Part shown: one piece after another, positions 18,601 to 27,888 of the stretch | Layout: each line of letters starts with the position of its first letter | Position numbering within the stretch: position 1 is the stretch's first letter | Source: Cyanobacteriota bacterium | GTDB lineage: Bacteria > Cyanobacteriota > Cyanobacteriia > Thermostichales > Thermostichaceae | Reading direction: 5' to 3' | Assembly (NCBI GenBank): GCA_033764955.1 | Contig: JANRIL010000042.1 | Coordinates: forward strand, 1-64,000 | Length of the DNA stretch: 64,000 nt | The notes under the pieces: model-generated | What the model saw: the letters and a program-made list of their open reading frames with translations, nothing else | Told to the model about the DNA's origin: nothing | Databases searched by the model: none | Made by a program: the position numbers and the translations under genes

Positions 18601-21600
18601 CTTCCTCTGTTAAAGAGGAGATCTCAAATAGGCTCTCAAAGGATAATTCGGCTGGAGGAGGAGTTTCCACGGGGGATAAAGCTGGAGCCTCTAGGTGAAA
18701 ACCCTCGACTGACGGAGCAGCCTCAACGGCTACGGCTTGCGGATCCGCCAGACTCAGGCTGTCCCAGTCGGCCACGGCCTCCTCCAGAGTGGCTTCGGTG
18801 TCGGAGGAACCACGATCACTAAACAGGGTTTCTAGGAGATCTTCCTCTGGGTCGAAGCCAGCCGAATCGACAAAGGCATCAAAGGCGGTGATGGATTCTT
18901 GAGGGGGGGCAAGATCCCGAAAATCATCTTCCGCTGCTAATAACTCGGCAAAGCGGTCTTGCGAGGGATCCACCGATGCAGAGGGGACAGGGGCTACCGG
19001 AGCCGCCGCTTCCTCAGCAAACCCAAAGAGATCGTCAAAGGTTTGTTCTAGCTCCTCATGGGAGGTGAGATCGGCTGCTACCGACTCAACTTCGAGTAAA
19101 GCCCCCACAGGAGCTGCCCCGTCTTCTGGCAATCCAAACAGATCATCAAAGGACTGATCCGGTTGCTCAGCCGAATCAGATTCCTCAAGCAAGGCTTCTT
19201 CGCCCAGGATCAAGGGATCCGATAACGCCTCCTGGCTGGGCTGATCAAACAGATTGGACAAGTCGATTTGACCCAGATCCTCACTGTCGAATCCCAGATC
19301 CCCCTCAGCCACAGGCAGCATCTCCGACTCCTCAGGCAAATCAAAAGTCAGCGGGGACTCAGGATCAGCCATCTCCCCAGCATTAGCGTCGGGAGCCATA
19401 TCCCCCAACTCCAGCAAGGGATCCGACAATTCTGCCAATCCGGCACTATCAAACAGGGATCCCATGTCCTCGGAGGAGGGGAAAGAACCGATGGTTTGGG
19501 CCTCCTCAAGGTCGAGTTCGCCTGCCAACACAGCCTCTACTTGGGCATCAGCAACCCATGCCCCAAAGTCCTGATCAACCAAACTAGCGGGCGGATCGAA
19601 AGCAGGTAAGTCACTCCCAAAGGGATCTGCCAACTCAGCCGCTATATCGGAGCTTGCTTCTGCCGCTTCTACCACATCGGCAAACAGCCCCACCAAATCG
19701 CCCTCCGCTTTGGCCACTCCCATTCGCTCGGCCATAGGGCTGGGTTCCGCCTGCATGGATCCCTCATAAGCACCCTCATAGGCAAATGGATCCGGCAGAG
19801 AAATCACCGGAGGTTCCTCAATCTCAGACAGTTCCGCCGCGTTGGCAAACAGTTTTTGAAAAGCCGATTCTGCGTCTGCTTCCAGCTCCAGAGGAGTCAA
19901 ATCAAAGTCTTCCACCCCCAACCCGACGGGATCCACAGCCACTTCTTCCTGAGTCAAGGCAGCTATCTCAGCCTCAACAGTGGTCAAGAAATCCACGAGA
20001 TCTCCCTCGGATTCTCCCACAACGTCAGGGATCCCCTCGACATTTTCAAGGCCAGGAAGGAAATCACCCTCTCCTTCCATCAGGTCAGCAAAGGGATCCT
20101 GGGCATCCCATAGCTCAGCCAAACCGGAGTCATCGGGGAGAATCGGCACCCCTGCTTCCGCAGATGGGGATCCCCATCGATCAAAGGCGGGTTCAGCCTC
20201 AGAGGATTGGGTAAACAGGTCAGTCAGGTCTTGGGGTACGGGAACCGTCGCTTGAGCATCCACAAAATCATCAGCAACCTCTGCCGCCGACATCCCCAGG
20301 AGTTCATCCTCAGCTCGATTGGCGGAAGCGAGATCGGCAGGGAGAAAGGGATCCCCAGCAGCAGGGATATCCTGGCTTGCCCCAGCGTCCGTTAGCTCCG
20401 TCAAGCGGTCGTCAGCCTCCCCAAATAAATCCGCAAAAGCCTCACCATCTGCAAGGCTCAGACCCACTTCTTCTGCCAAAACCTCTGCTTCTCCACTCGC
20501 TAAGGATGGCTCCATCCAGAGGTCTAAGTCTGAGGGAGTTAATAGATCCTGACTGGCTGGGGAAATGGACGATTGCCAGTTGCCCACATCTTCTAGAAAA
20601 ATATCCTGTAGGGTTGCTGAGCTATCAAACTCGGATCCCGTCGCCAAAGCATCCAGAGCATCGCCCCCCAAAGCAGGCTGCTCCCCCTCTTGCCCATGCA
20701 TCACCTGAGACTGCCAAGTCCCCAGATCCTCCAGGAACACATCTTGCAGGGTCGTCGATCCATCAAAACCCAGCGGCATCGCTTCTAGCGGCATCCCTTC
20801 TAAGATATCAACGGCCTCCCCAAGCTCAGTTCCTTCTGTAGCCCAATCGGAGAAACTATCAGACTCGCCCACGATGGCTGATGCTTCGACCGCTTCTCCC
20901 TCCTCAGCAATCTCTGCTTCTGACCAAGCTAGGGCAGCGGCTACGTCATCAAAGCTTTCCTCAATCGGCGGTTGGGGACGCAAAGCCAGCAATTCCGCCG
21001 AAGGTTGGATGGAGGATCCGTGTCCAGATAGGAGGGCTTGGTGAGCCTGCTTGAGTTCCCGCAGGATCGGCATCGCCAATACCTTCAGATCCTGGCTGCC
21101 ATCTGCCAAAATCTCGGTGACAATGTCACAAACTTGGCTCCATTCTGGCAGGCCATAGGTTAACCCAAGTGTTTGTAGAGAGCGACTCAACTGTTCTAGG
21201 TCAGAGCGCACCTCCGTTTGACCCACCTGCTTGAACAACTCCAACATTTCCCGTAGCAGGCGGGGAATATCCTGGGTGAGCGCCACCTGCATCGGATCGG
21301 GAGGAGCAACAGGTTTGACCATCGCTAACAGTTCTGAGGATGGCGCAACCTGGCTGGCTTTTCCTTCGAGGATGGACTGCTGCCCCTGCTTCAGATCTCG
21401 TAGAGCAATCAAGGCTAAACTACGCAGATCAGTGGTGGGATCCTTAACTGCGTCGCCAATCGCCCGAGTTAACTGCTGCCAACCTGTTAATTGGTGTTCG
21501 CTGCCGATGGCATAGAGGGATTCTCCAACTTGGGCAAGGCGACTTCGCACATCTGGCTGTTCCCGTTGTTTGAAAAGATCCAACATCTCCCGCATCAATT

Positions 21601-22135
21601 GGGGCACAGTTTGACTCATCGCCACCTGCAACGGATCTACTGCTGCCGCCGGAGCAACCGTGGCTTTGGCGGGCACCATCGCTGGCACATTGGCTGCCGG
21701 AGCTGCTTCTCCCAACAACTGGTGAATATGGGTTTCGGTTTCGGCAAAAATCGGCTCGATTTCGGCTAAGGCGGCATTGCCAACTTCCTCCGTCAGCCCC
21801 TTAGGACTTTGCAGCTCTTCTAGGAGCATGGAAAGGGTATCAAACCCGCGCAATAGCAGGGTCTCCAAGTGTTGATCCACCGGAACCCGCCCTTCACGGG
21901 AGCGAAAGATGTTAAAAAAGTCCTCCATGCGGTGCGCCGTGCGCTGGATGCTGCTTAACCCCAACATGGCGGAACCACCCTTGATGGAGTGGGCAGCCCG
22001 AAACAGCTCGTTGATCAGTTCGGGATCATTCATGCTCTCCCGTAGGCTGAGCAATCCTTGTTCGATGGTGGTCAGGTGATCGCGGGCTTCTTCGATGAAG
22101 TAACCTAAAATCCGATTCTGTGCATCTTGGTTCAT
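15698..22135 (-). CDS. CheA-like hybrid histidine kinase (Hpt - long acidic linker - dimerisation/HATPase - CheW - REC), PilL/HmpE type
   Basis: FRAAHSIKGGS, MRVEVRHLD, HLVNNALVHGIE, DDGAG, GRGVGLDVV, GATVLGNG, C-terminal CDIEMPRMDG. Confidence 0.93.
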   Translation of the reverse strand: MNQDAQNRILGYFIEEARDHLTTIEQGLLSLRESMNDPELINELFRAAHSIKGGSAMLGLSSIQRTAHRMEDFFNIFRSREGRVPVDQHLETLLLRGFDTLSMLLEELQSPKGLTEEVGNAALAEIEPIFAETETHIHQLLGEAAPAANVPAMVPAKATVAPAAAVDPLQVAMSQTVPQLMREMLDLFKQREQPDVRSRLAQVGESLYAIGSEHQLTGWQQLTRAIGDAVKDPTTDLRSLALIALRDLKQGQQSILEGKASQVAPSSELLAMVKPVAPPDPMQVALTQDIPRLLREMLELFKQVGQTEVRSDLEQLSRSLQTLGLTYGLPEWSQVCDIVTEILADGSQDLKVLAMPILRELKQAHQALLSGHGSSIQPSAELLALRPQPPIEESFDDVAAALAWSEAEIAEEGEAVEASAIVGESDSFSDWATEGTELGEAVDILEGMPLEAMPLGFDGSTTLQDVFLEDLGTWQSQVMHGQEGEQPALGGDALDALATGSEFDSSATLQDIFLEDVGNWQSSISPASQDLLTPSDLDLWMEPSLASGEAEVLAEEVGLSLADGEAFADLFGEADDRLTELTDAGASQDIPAAGDPFLPADLASANRAEDELLGMSAAEVADDFVDAQATVPVPQDLTDLFTQSSEAEPAFDRWGSPSAEAGVPILPDDSGLAELWDAQDPFADLMEGEGDFLPGLENVEGIPDVVGESEGDLVDFLTTVEAEIAALTQEEVAVDPVGLGVEDFDLTPLELEADAESAFQKLFANAAELSEIEEPPVISLPDPFAYEGAYEGSMQAEPSPMAERMGVAKAEGDLVGLFADVVEAAEASSDIAAELADPFGSDLPAFDPPASLVDQDFGAWVADAQVEAVLAGELDLEEAQTIGSFPSSEDMGSLFDSAGLAELSDPLLELGDMAPDANAGEMADPESPLTFDLPEESEMLPVAEGDLGFDSEDLGQIDLSNLFDQPSQEALSDPLILGEEALLEESDSAEQPDQSFDDLFGLPEDGAAPVGALLEVESVAADLTSHEELEQTFDDLFGFAEEAAAPVAPVPSASVDPSQDRFAELLAAEDDFRDLAPPQESITAFDAFVDSAGFDPEEDLLETLFSDRGSSDTEATLEEAVADWDSLSLADPQAVAVEAAPSVEGFHLEAPALSPVETPPPAELSFESLFEISSLTEEDPAAPPEADLSLDGLFEDVAPFQEVDGIPAQLDPLEEPFYPSSSSNELDLSVDNLFGDAIAPLSELPEGSEAIPPSLVDDSVAPNEAFDSLGSLFAEASEVEAMALDAVAVPASMDADGDGQVDLDELSQFFETESVPPAPQASQEELPADLDALFADQSLPPASEESFETALESLFEEEATSAPSSQRETSFEDELSSLFMDDLLVPSAAPPGSADPGDFEADLDSLLNDLPEDPTTPNTTPLLEDLAALFDEGADASTPLPTAAATTNFEDELDSILGDMEAGIPPAAAPLAPAPRAAATIRTAPPETSKAAPARRAGGPITAPTMRVEVRHLDSINNLVGELVVNRNSMEQNQVRLRQFLDGLLSRVQQLADLGQRMQDQYDRTLLETALMASRGEPSRAGVVLAATSTKGGNYGSGQSFDSLEMDRFTGFHALSQEIIELIVRVRESSSDIEFAVDEAEQITRQFRQVTTQLQEGLNRARMVPFSQIADRLPRAIRDLSIKTGKQTSLIVEGRDTLIDKAILEELYDPMTHLVNNALVHGIEPPDERRRSGKSAEGKITIKAFYQGNQTIIVVADDGAGVNVPKVKAKAMKLGLLTESADDDEVFNILFNPGFSGRSEEEVDDLAGRGVGLDVVRRNINELRGSIQVDSIPNRGTTFTIRLPLTLSISKAMVCVSNKALVAFPLDGVEEMLDIPVDEIQPDEKGRPSIPWRDQRLHYQPLSDLLAYSRSHSRSRTEVYAISQDEGIVPVVILQSAGQYIALQVDSFVEEQEIVIKQLRGPAPKPPGIAGATVLGNGRVLPIADIIELVDMAQGRTRRFGSWTPADQTPEPEVERQTTVLIIDDSITVRELLSMTFNKVGYRVEQARDGQDAWEKLRGGLPCDVIFCDIEMPRMDGLELLSRVRDDANLRHLPMAMLTSRGAERHRQTARELGATAYFTKPYLEEELLSAAARMLQGEKLLVTA

Positions 22136-22322
22136 AGCAAGAATACCCTCCGATTTCCCTCAGCTTTTGGTACTGATTCAACAGCTTCAACTATTACAAC
22201 CACGTACTGGCAAGGATTTGAATAGACGGGATCCCTAGCAGGTACTTATTCTTACTAGGATGCCCTAATCTCCAGGAATTGATCCCGTCTTGATTAAGAA
22301 TTTCATCGTCTGTCTGAGCCTT

Positions 22323-24779
22323 TTATTCATCCCCAACGCGGAATCGACCCACTGATGATTGCAATTCACGGGCAATGCCCACCAACAGCATCAGTGAGCT
22401 AGACACTTTCTGAGATTCTTTAGAGGTTTCGCCAGCGGTTAATTCCAGGGTTTGCATCACCTGAGCCACAGAGCGGGAGGTTTCAGTTTGTTGCACGGTA
22501 GCCTCCGAGATAGCGCGTACCAACCCGTCAATCGTACGGCTCACATCAATAATTTCATCCAAGCTATTTTTCGCCTGTTCCGCCCGTCGCGTCCCCTCAA
22601 TCACCTGCTGAGTTCCTTCCTCCATAGCGGTCATCACGGTTCCGGTTTCCGACTGAATCTGCAACACAATCTGTTCGATCTCTTTGGATGCCTTGGCCGC
22701 CCGATCCGCCAGTTGTCGCACTTCATCCGCCACGATAGCAAAGCCGCGACCGGATTCCCCTGCCCGTGCCGCCTCAATACTGGCGTTCAAGGCAAGCAGG
22801 TTGGTACGCGAGGCAATCTGGGAGATCAAGGCCACAATTTTAGAAATTTCCTGGGAGGATTCCGCCAAGCGTTTCACCTTGCGGGTGGTTTCCGCCACCG
22901 TTTCCCGAATTTCCAAAATACCGGCCACCGTGCGGTCTACCGCTTCTCCCCCCCGCAGGGCGGCTTCCGTCGCCTTGGCGGCCACATCCGTTGCTTCACG
23001 GGAGTTGCTCGCCACCTGTTGAATCGAGTCGGTCATCACCTGCACCGAGTTGAGGGAGCGGGAGATGTCTTCCGCCTGCCGCAACGCATCAGTAGACAAG
23101 CTGCGGGCAAAGTCTTCGTTCTGCAAGGCGGCATCATTCACGGCGGTGGCTGCCTTTTTCACCTGACTAACAATGTCGCGCAGGCTGCGGATCGTCAAGT
23201 TGAAGGAGTCGGCCACCGCTCCCAATACGTCGGCGGTCACTTCCGCTCGTACCGTCAAGTCCCCACGGGCGGCTCCTTCCACGTCGTCTAGGAGGCGAAT
23301 CACCTGACGTTGCAGATCCTCTTTGGCTTGCCCCTGTTCCGCAGCCCGCTGTTGCAGTTCGGAAATATTGGCCTCAATGGATCCCACCATTTGATTGAAG
23401 CTGTTGGCTAATTTGCCCAGTTCGTCAGTGGCGGAAACAGTGGCGCGAGCGCCATAGTTGCCACGAGATAGAGCGGTAAAGTTATTCGCCAGTTCATTAC
23501 AGGTAGTGCGGGTATGTTTGGCGGTTCCCGCCCCCAGAGCAACTCCCGCTAGCCCCCCCAGCAGGCTACCCCCTACTACCCCTCCAATAGCTCCGACTCG
23601 CTCTCCAGCCATGGTGGATCCTACCCCGTAGACCACCAATCCAACCACTAGCCCGACTGCTCCCTGGATCACAGAGGTGAGCAGCAGTTTGTCAGCCATT
23701 GGTCGATTTTGCAACCAATCTCCTTTTGTCTGAGGGGAGAGTTGCACGGGGGTTGATGCCGAAGGAGCAGGGGAAGTGGCGGGATAGCCAGCACTCTCAC
23801 TGCGCACTGCGGGTGGGGCGACAGGCAGAGGCATATCGGCGGGAGAGTTTTCAAACAGATCATCCAGTTGATCTCCTCCATCCATGGCCGCCAATTCTCG
23901 ATCGAGGCTGTCGAGATCCTCCATTTCAAATAGGGTAGGACTGACACCTGGACTGGCCGTGTCGGAGTCGGGGGGAGGGATTGGCTCACTCAGGGGGCTA
24001 GCCAGTTCCGTCGGGAAGCTATCATCCATCCCGCCTTCGGATCCCACCATGATGGGCATCCCAAAGGCATCTTGGTTCTCAAACCGGAAGCTATCGCCAT
24101 CGGCAATCTGGGTCACCGATTCGTCCTCGGCATGGTCTTCATCCGCAAAGTCATCTAGGAGGTCAAACACGCTACCCGATGGCATGGAATCCTCAGGGCT
24201 GGTCAGGGTGGGCATCTGGGCTGTTGGAGCGGCGGAAGGGGATCCCATGGGATAGGCGGGGCCGTCAATGGGTTCTAGACCCGTCTCAAACAGGTCATCA
24301 AAGGGGCTGGCGTCAGGGAATCCATCCGCCTCAGGACTGGGCTGACTAAAGGGATCCCCACCACCAAAGATATCCATATCCCCGAAGGGATCCTCTTCAT
24401 CCATAGTCGCTGGGGGAGGGGGAGCGAAGGGGCTATCGGAGAAGTTATCGAGGGGAAACTCATCGGCGGTCACGGTGGCCTGTTGCTCATAGGCGGACAT
24501 ATCTGGCATGATCTGCTTGAGTTGCTCCAAGCCGTTTTGGGCAGCCTGCATCAATTCAGGGTTAGAAGCGTTCTCAATCACCGACTCGTAAACCCGCCGA
24601 GCCTCCAAAAGCTGACCAGCCTGTTGTTGTGCAGAAGCCAACCACAGTTTTACCTCCGAGTCATCGGGGCGCGTTACAACCACCTGACTAAACAGTTGCA
24701 CCGCTTGAGAATAATCCCCATTGGCGTAAGCTGTGATCGCCCGCTGATAGTCTTTCTGGGGGCTTGTGCCGGAAACCAT
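22323..24779 (-). CDS. Methyl-accepting chemotaxis protein with N-terminal TPR and acidic region (PilJ/HmpD type)
   Basis: TPR at the N-terminus, TM hairpin, HAMP ([13 protein letters not shown]), signalling tip [31 protein letters not shown]. Confidence 0.93.
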   Translation of the reverse strand: MVSGTSPQKDYQRAITAYANGDYSQAVQLFSQVVVTRPDDSEVKLWLASAQQQAGQLLEARRVYESVIENASNPELMQAAQNGLEQLKQIMPDMSAYEQQATVTADEFPLDNFSDSPFAPPPPATMDEEDPFGDMDIFGGGDPFSQPSPEADGFPDASPFDDLFETGLEPIDGPAYPMGSPSAAPTAQMPTLTSPEDSMPSGSVFDLLDDFADEDHAEDESVTQIADGDSFRFENQDAFGMPIMVGSEGGMDDSFPTELASPLSEPIPPPDSDTASPGVSPTLFEMEDLDSLDRELAAMDGGDQLDDLFENSPADMPLPVAPPAVRSESAGYPATSPAPSASTPVQLSPQTKGDWLQNRPMADKLLLTSVIQGAVGLVVGLVVYGVGSTMAGERVGAIGGVVGGSLLGGLAGVALGAGTAKHTRTTCNELANNFTALSRGNYGARATVSATDELGKLANSFNQMVGSIEANISELQQRAAEQGQAKEDLQRQVIRLLDDVEGAARGDLTVRAEVTADVLGAVADSFNLTIRSLRDIVSQVKKAATAVNDAALQNEDFARSLSTDALRQAEDISRSLNSVQVMTDSIQQVASNSREATDVAAKATEAALRGGEAVDRTVAGILEIRETVAETTRKVKRLAESSQEISKIVALISQIASRTNLLALNASIEAARAGESGRGFAIVADEVRQLADRAAKASKEIEQIVLQIQSETGTVMTAMEEGTQQVIEGTRRAEQAKNSLDEIIDVSRTIDGLVRAISEATVQQTETSRSVAQVMQTLELTAGETSKESQKVSSSLMLLVGIARELQSSVGRFRVGDE

Positions 24780-24929
24780 ATGTCCTCCCTTCTGCCGCTA
24801 GTTCGCTCAACTACAGTGCTGTTTGAATCTACCTACCCTGATATTTGGTCTTGGATGAACGTCCTGGCCTAAGAGTCGATGGTCAAAGAACCCAGAAGCT
24901 GAGCCAGAAACCGCCAGAAACTCCCCCAA

Positions 24930-25451
24930 TTAGGCTGCCCACAAGTTGGATCGTAGGATCGCCACTTGATCCAGGAGAGGCAACACCGTTCGTCCATCCG
25001 ACCGTTCCCACACCCCCCGCACAAAGGGAGCCATCGCTTGAGAATAACTTTGACTCTGTTTCACGGAATCCGCCTTCAACCACTCCATACCGACAATTAA
25101 ATCCACTGCTAGGGCTAAGAGCAAATCTTGTTGCTCCATCACAGCAATCACGGGAATTTCCGCCCGATCCAGGTTCAGGGGAACACCTTCTCCCAAAAAT
25201 TGTCCCAGATCCGCCACCCAGATGATTTCTCCCCGTAGATTGAGGGTTCCCAACAGGAGGGGCGAAACATTGGGCATGGGGGTAATTTTTTCAGGGCCAA
25301 TGCTCATCACCTCGGCCACAGCCACCGCCGGCAAGGCTAGCTCGACTCCATTCCCCAGTTTGAATTTGAGAAATAGCTCACCTTCGGGAGCTTCCATTTC
25401 TCCCACTTCTTGGGTTTCTTCCCCCATCAAGTACGTCAGATCAGCAACCAT
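24930..25451 (-). CDS. cheW: CheW-like coupling protein (PilI/HmpC type)
   Basis: ITPMPNVSPLLLGTLNLRGEIIWVADL. Confidence 0.92.
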   Translation of the reverse strand: MVADLTYLMGEETQEVGEMEAPEGELFLKFKLGNGVELALPAVAVAEVMSIGPEKITPMPNVSPLLLGTLNLRGEIIWVADLGQFLGEGVPLNLDRAEIPVIAVMEQQDLLLALAVDLIVGMEWLKADSVKQSQSYSQAMAPFVRGVWERSDGRTVLPLLDQVAILRSNLWAA

Positions 25452-25514
25452 AAGCTCTACCTAAACGCTCTCCAAAAGTCTTCTGAACAAAAGGTTGATT
25501 GGTCATACTCTCTT

Positions 25515-25880
25515 CTATCCGCGCAGCAATTGTCTGACCGTTCCCACCAGCTCTTGCGGCTGAAAGGGCTTGGCAATGTAGGCGTCAGCCCCTTGGCGGA
25601 TCCCCCAATAGCGATCAAACTCTTCTCCTTTGGAAGAGCACATAACAATCGGCATTTTTTGGGTCAGTGGATCGGCCTTGAGGCGGCGACAAACTTCGTA
25701 GCCATTCATGCGCGGCATAACAATATCGAGCACAACCAAATCGGGAATCTGCCCCTGAATGGACTCTAGTGCCTCAACCCCATCCCCAGCACTGTCCACC
25801 TCTAGACCACTGTCTTTCAGTAAGCCGGAGATCATTTCCCGTTGCGCCGGACTATCTTCCACCACAAGCACCCTTCTCAT
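25515..25880 (-). CDS. CheY-like response regulator (PilH/HmpB type)
   Basis: VEDS, LDIVMPRMNGYEVCR, MCSSK, KPF. Confidence 0.93.
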   Translation of the reverse strand: MRRVLVVEDSPAQREMISGLLKDSGLEVDSAGDGVEALESIQGQIPDLVVLDIVMPRMNGYEVCRRLKADPLTQKMPIVMCSSKGEEFDRYWGIRQGADAYIAKPFQPQELVGTVRQLLRG

Positions 25881-25887
25881 AATGGGA

Positions 25888-26253
25888 TTATCTCCGCAAT
25901 AGTTGTTTGATGGTGGCGATCAATTCTTGGGGCTTGAAGGGTTTGGTAATGTAAGCGTCAGCCCCCTGCTTATTCGCCCAGTGACGGTCAAATTCTTGAT
26001 CTTTGGTGGAACACATGACGATCAACACTTTTTGGGTTTGCGGATCGGCTTTCAGTTCGCGGCAAACTTCATAGCCGTTCATGCGGGGCATCACGACATC
26101 AAGTACTACTAAATCGGGCACCTGGGTATGAATGGCTTCTAAGGCTTCTACCCCATCGCTGGCAGTGGTAACCTCTAGTCCACTTTCCTGCAACAAGTTA
26201 GTGATCATTTGCTGATAGGTGCGATTGTCATCTACCACAAGCACTTTGCTCAT
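25888..26253 (-). CDS. Second CheY-like response regulator (tandem paralogue)
   Basis: VDDN, LDVVMPRMNGYEVCR, MCSTK, KPF; 82/121 identical to its neighbour by hand count. Confidence 0.93.
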   Translation of the reverse strand: MSKVLVVDDNRTYQQMITNLLQESGLEVTTASDGVEALEAIHTQVPDLVVLDVVMPRMNGYEVCRELKADPQTQKVLIVMCSTKDQEFDRHWANKQGADAYITKPFKPQELIATIKQLLRR

Positions 26254-26492
26254 CGTTGTCTCCGATCATTTTTTGAACTTAGCTCACACTCCCGATCACC
26301 AAGGGATCCCGGCCTGTCAGGAGGAAGTAAGTAGTTGTGCCTGAAACGGCTACAACTTTCGCTAAACAACCCCAATATAGAGTGCAAATTGGTCTTACAC
26401 CAGCTATTGCTACCGAATCGATCCATGGCGGGGAGTTACGAAGCAAATGATCCATGATAGTTGTCAGTGGGCATCGGGGTTGCTACGGAAAT

Positions 26493-27647
26493 TTAGGTTG
26501 AGGAGTGGGCGGCTACCCCGGCTTTTTGGGGTCGTCCTACGTAGGACTCGACAATAGTCAGCAGTTCTTTCTCAGCAAAAGGTTTATTCAAAAACTCATT
26601 GGCTCCGGCCATGCGAGCCTTGATCCGATCAATGGGGCTGTCTTTGCCGGTGAGCATCACCATAGGGGTTTGCTGAAAGGCAGAGGATTTGCGTAGCATG
26701 GCGCACAATTCGTAGCCATCCATTTTGGGCATCGCCACATCGCACAAGATCATATCGGGGTTGAGGAGAAACACCTGCCCCAGCGCCTTGAGGGGGTTGC
26801 CAATCGTCGTGACTTGATAGCCTTCGTTTTGCAGGATAAACTCGATGGTTTTTTGGATGGCCATACTGTCATCAATGCAGAGGATATGGCTCGGTCGATC
26901 CCCGATGTTGACAGCACGACTTTGCCGACTGTCAGGACTGGGGGGAGGAGCCGACAATTGCATGGATCCCTGCTTAACATAGGGGTAAATGGCTTTGGCC
27001 ACCGCTAGGGTGTCTCGCCCCAAATAGCGGCCAATTTGCCGAATGCTAGTTTTGCCGTCCGCCCATTGGCTGAGAGCTTTGAAGACAGGCTCCGGTAGAG
27101 ACTGCTTGAGAGGAGCGGAGTTGATGATGGTGGGAGCCTGTTCAGGAGAGTGAATAGAGGGATGCAGCTTTTTCCATTCTTGGGCTTGGGTCATCATCTC
27201 CGTCAGCAGGGGCATGACCGGGAAGGTGGTGAGCTGAGGAGCCAAAGGGGATCCCGCCTCAAAAATGAAGGAGCCGTGGTGGAGGCTGAGCAGATCAAAC
27301 AAGACCTCCCGCACCATCCCCAACAAAATCTGTTTGCCCTGAGCCGGATCCAGGCGATGACTTTCTAGGAGTGCCCAGAGGCGATGATATTCCGGCACGC
27401 CCACCGCCGATTTGGGGGGAATCTCCACTTGATCGAGAGCCGCTTCTAACTTGTAGCGCCGCAAATAATCCCGTAGGCGAGCAATACTGCCTTCCGTATA
27501 AGAGGCATAGACAATCCGACCGTTTAGAAAAAATACAAACCAATAGTCGGAGGGGCTGGCCTCCACAAATAGCTCCCCGGTGCGCTGACCCAGTTCGATC
27601 AGTTGGAGGATGCTCCGAATATCAATTTCTTGAAGTTTCCCCTGCAT
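26493..27647 (-). CDS. PatA-type response regulator (PATAN/DUF4388 plus REC; PilG-like)
   Basis: MQGKLQEIDIRSILQLIELGQRTGEL N-terminus; C-terminal CDVAMPKMDGYELC. Confidence 0.92.
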   Translation of the reverse strand: MQGKLQEIDIRSILQLIELGQRTGELFVEASPSDYWFVFFLNGRIVYASYTEGSIARLRDYLRRYKLEAALDQVEIPPKSAVGVPEYHRLWALLESHRLDPAQGKQILLGMVREVLFDLLSLHHGSFIFEAGSPLAPQLTTFPVMPLLTEMMTQAQEWKKLHPSIHSPEQAPTIINSAPLKQSLPEPVFKALSQWADGKTSIRQIGRYLGRDTLAVAKAIYPYVKQGSMQLSAPPPSPDSRQSRAVNIGDRPSHILCIDDSMAIQKTIEFILQNEGYQVTTIGNPLKALGQVFLLNPDMILCDVAMPKMDGYELCAMLRKSSAFQQTPMVMLTGKDSPIDRIKARMAGANEFLNKPFAEKELLTIVESYVGRPQKAGVAAHSST

Positions 27648-27888
27648 GGGATCCTTGTTCCTAAGAATACATTCTGAATTATGACTATTATGCCGTTTCT
27701 TCCCTCAGTGCCACCTTAAAGTTGTCAAGATAGCGATCCCCTGACTCAAAAAATAGCAAAAACATCCCCAAAAGTATGCGGAATGGCATAAAACCTCGCG
27801 GGAATTTTGTTAAGAATAGGTAATCTTGTGATTACGATTGACCGCTCTCTGGGATCCCGATGATTTCGGCATCCATTGGGTTTAACAC

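Noticed and set aside
22452..23291. 279-aa antisense ORF (and similar ones at 29394-30170 and 17553-18128)
   Set aside because: Shadows of well-supported genes on the opposite strand
26254..26492. Possible riboswitch or sRNA between the patA-type gene and cheY (hairpin near 26333-26357)
   Set aside because: Only one modest hairpin, and no match to riboswitch consensus sequences I know
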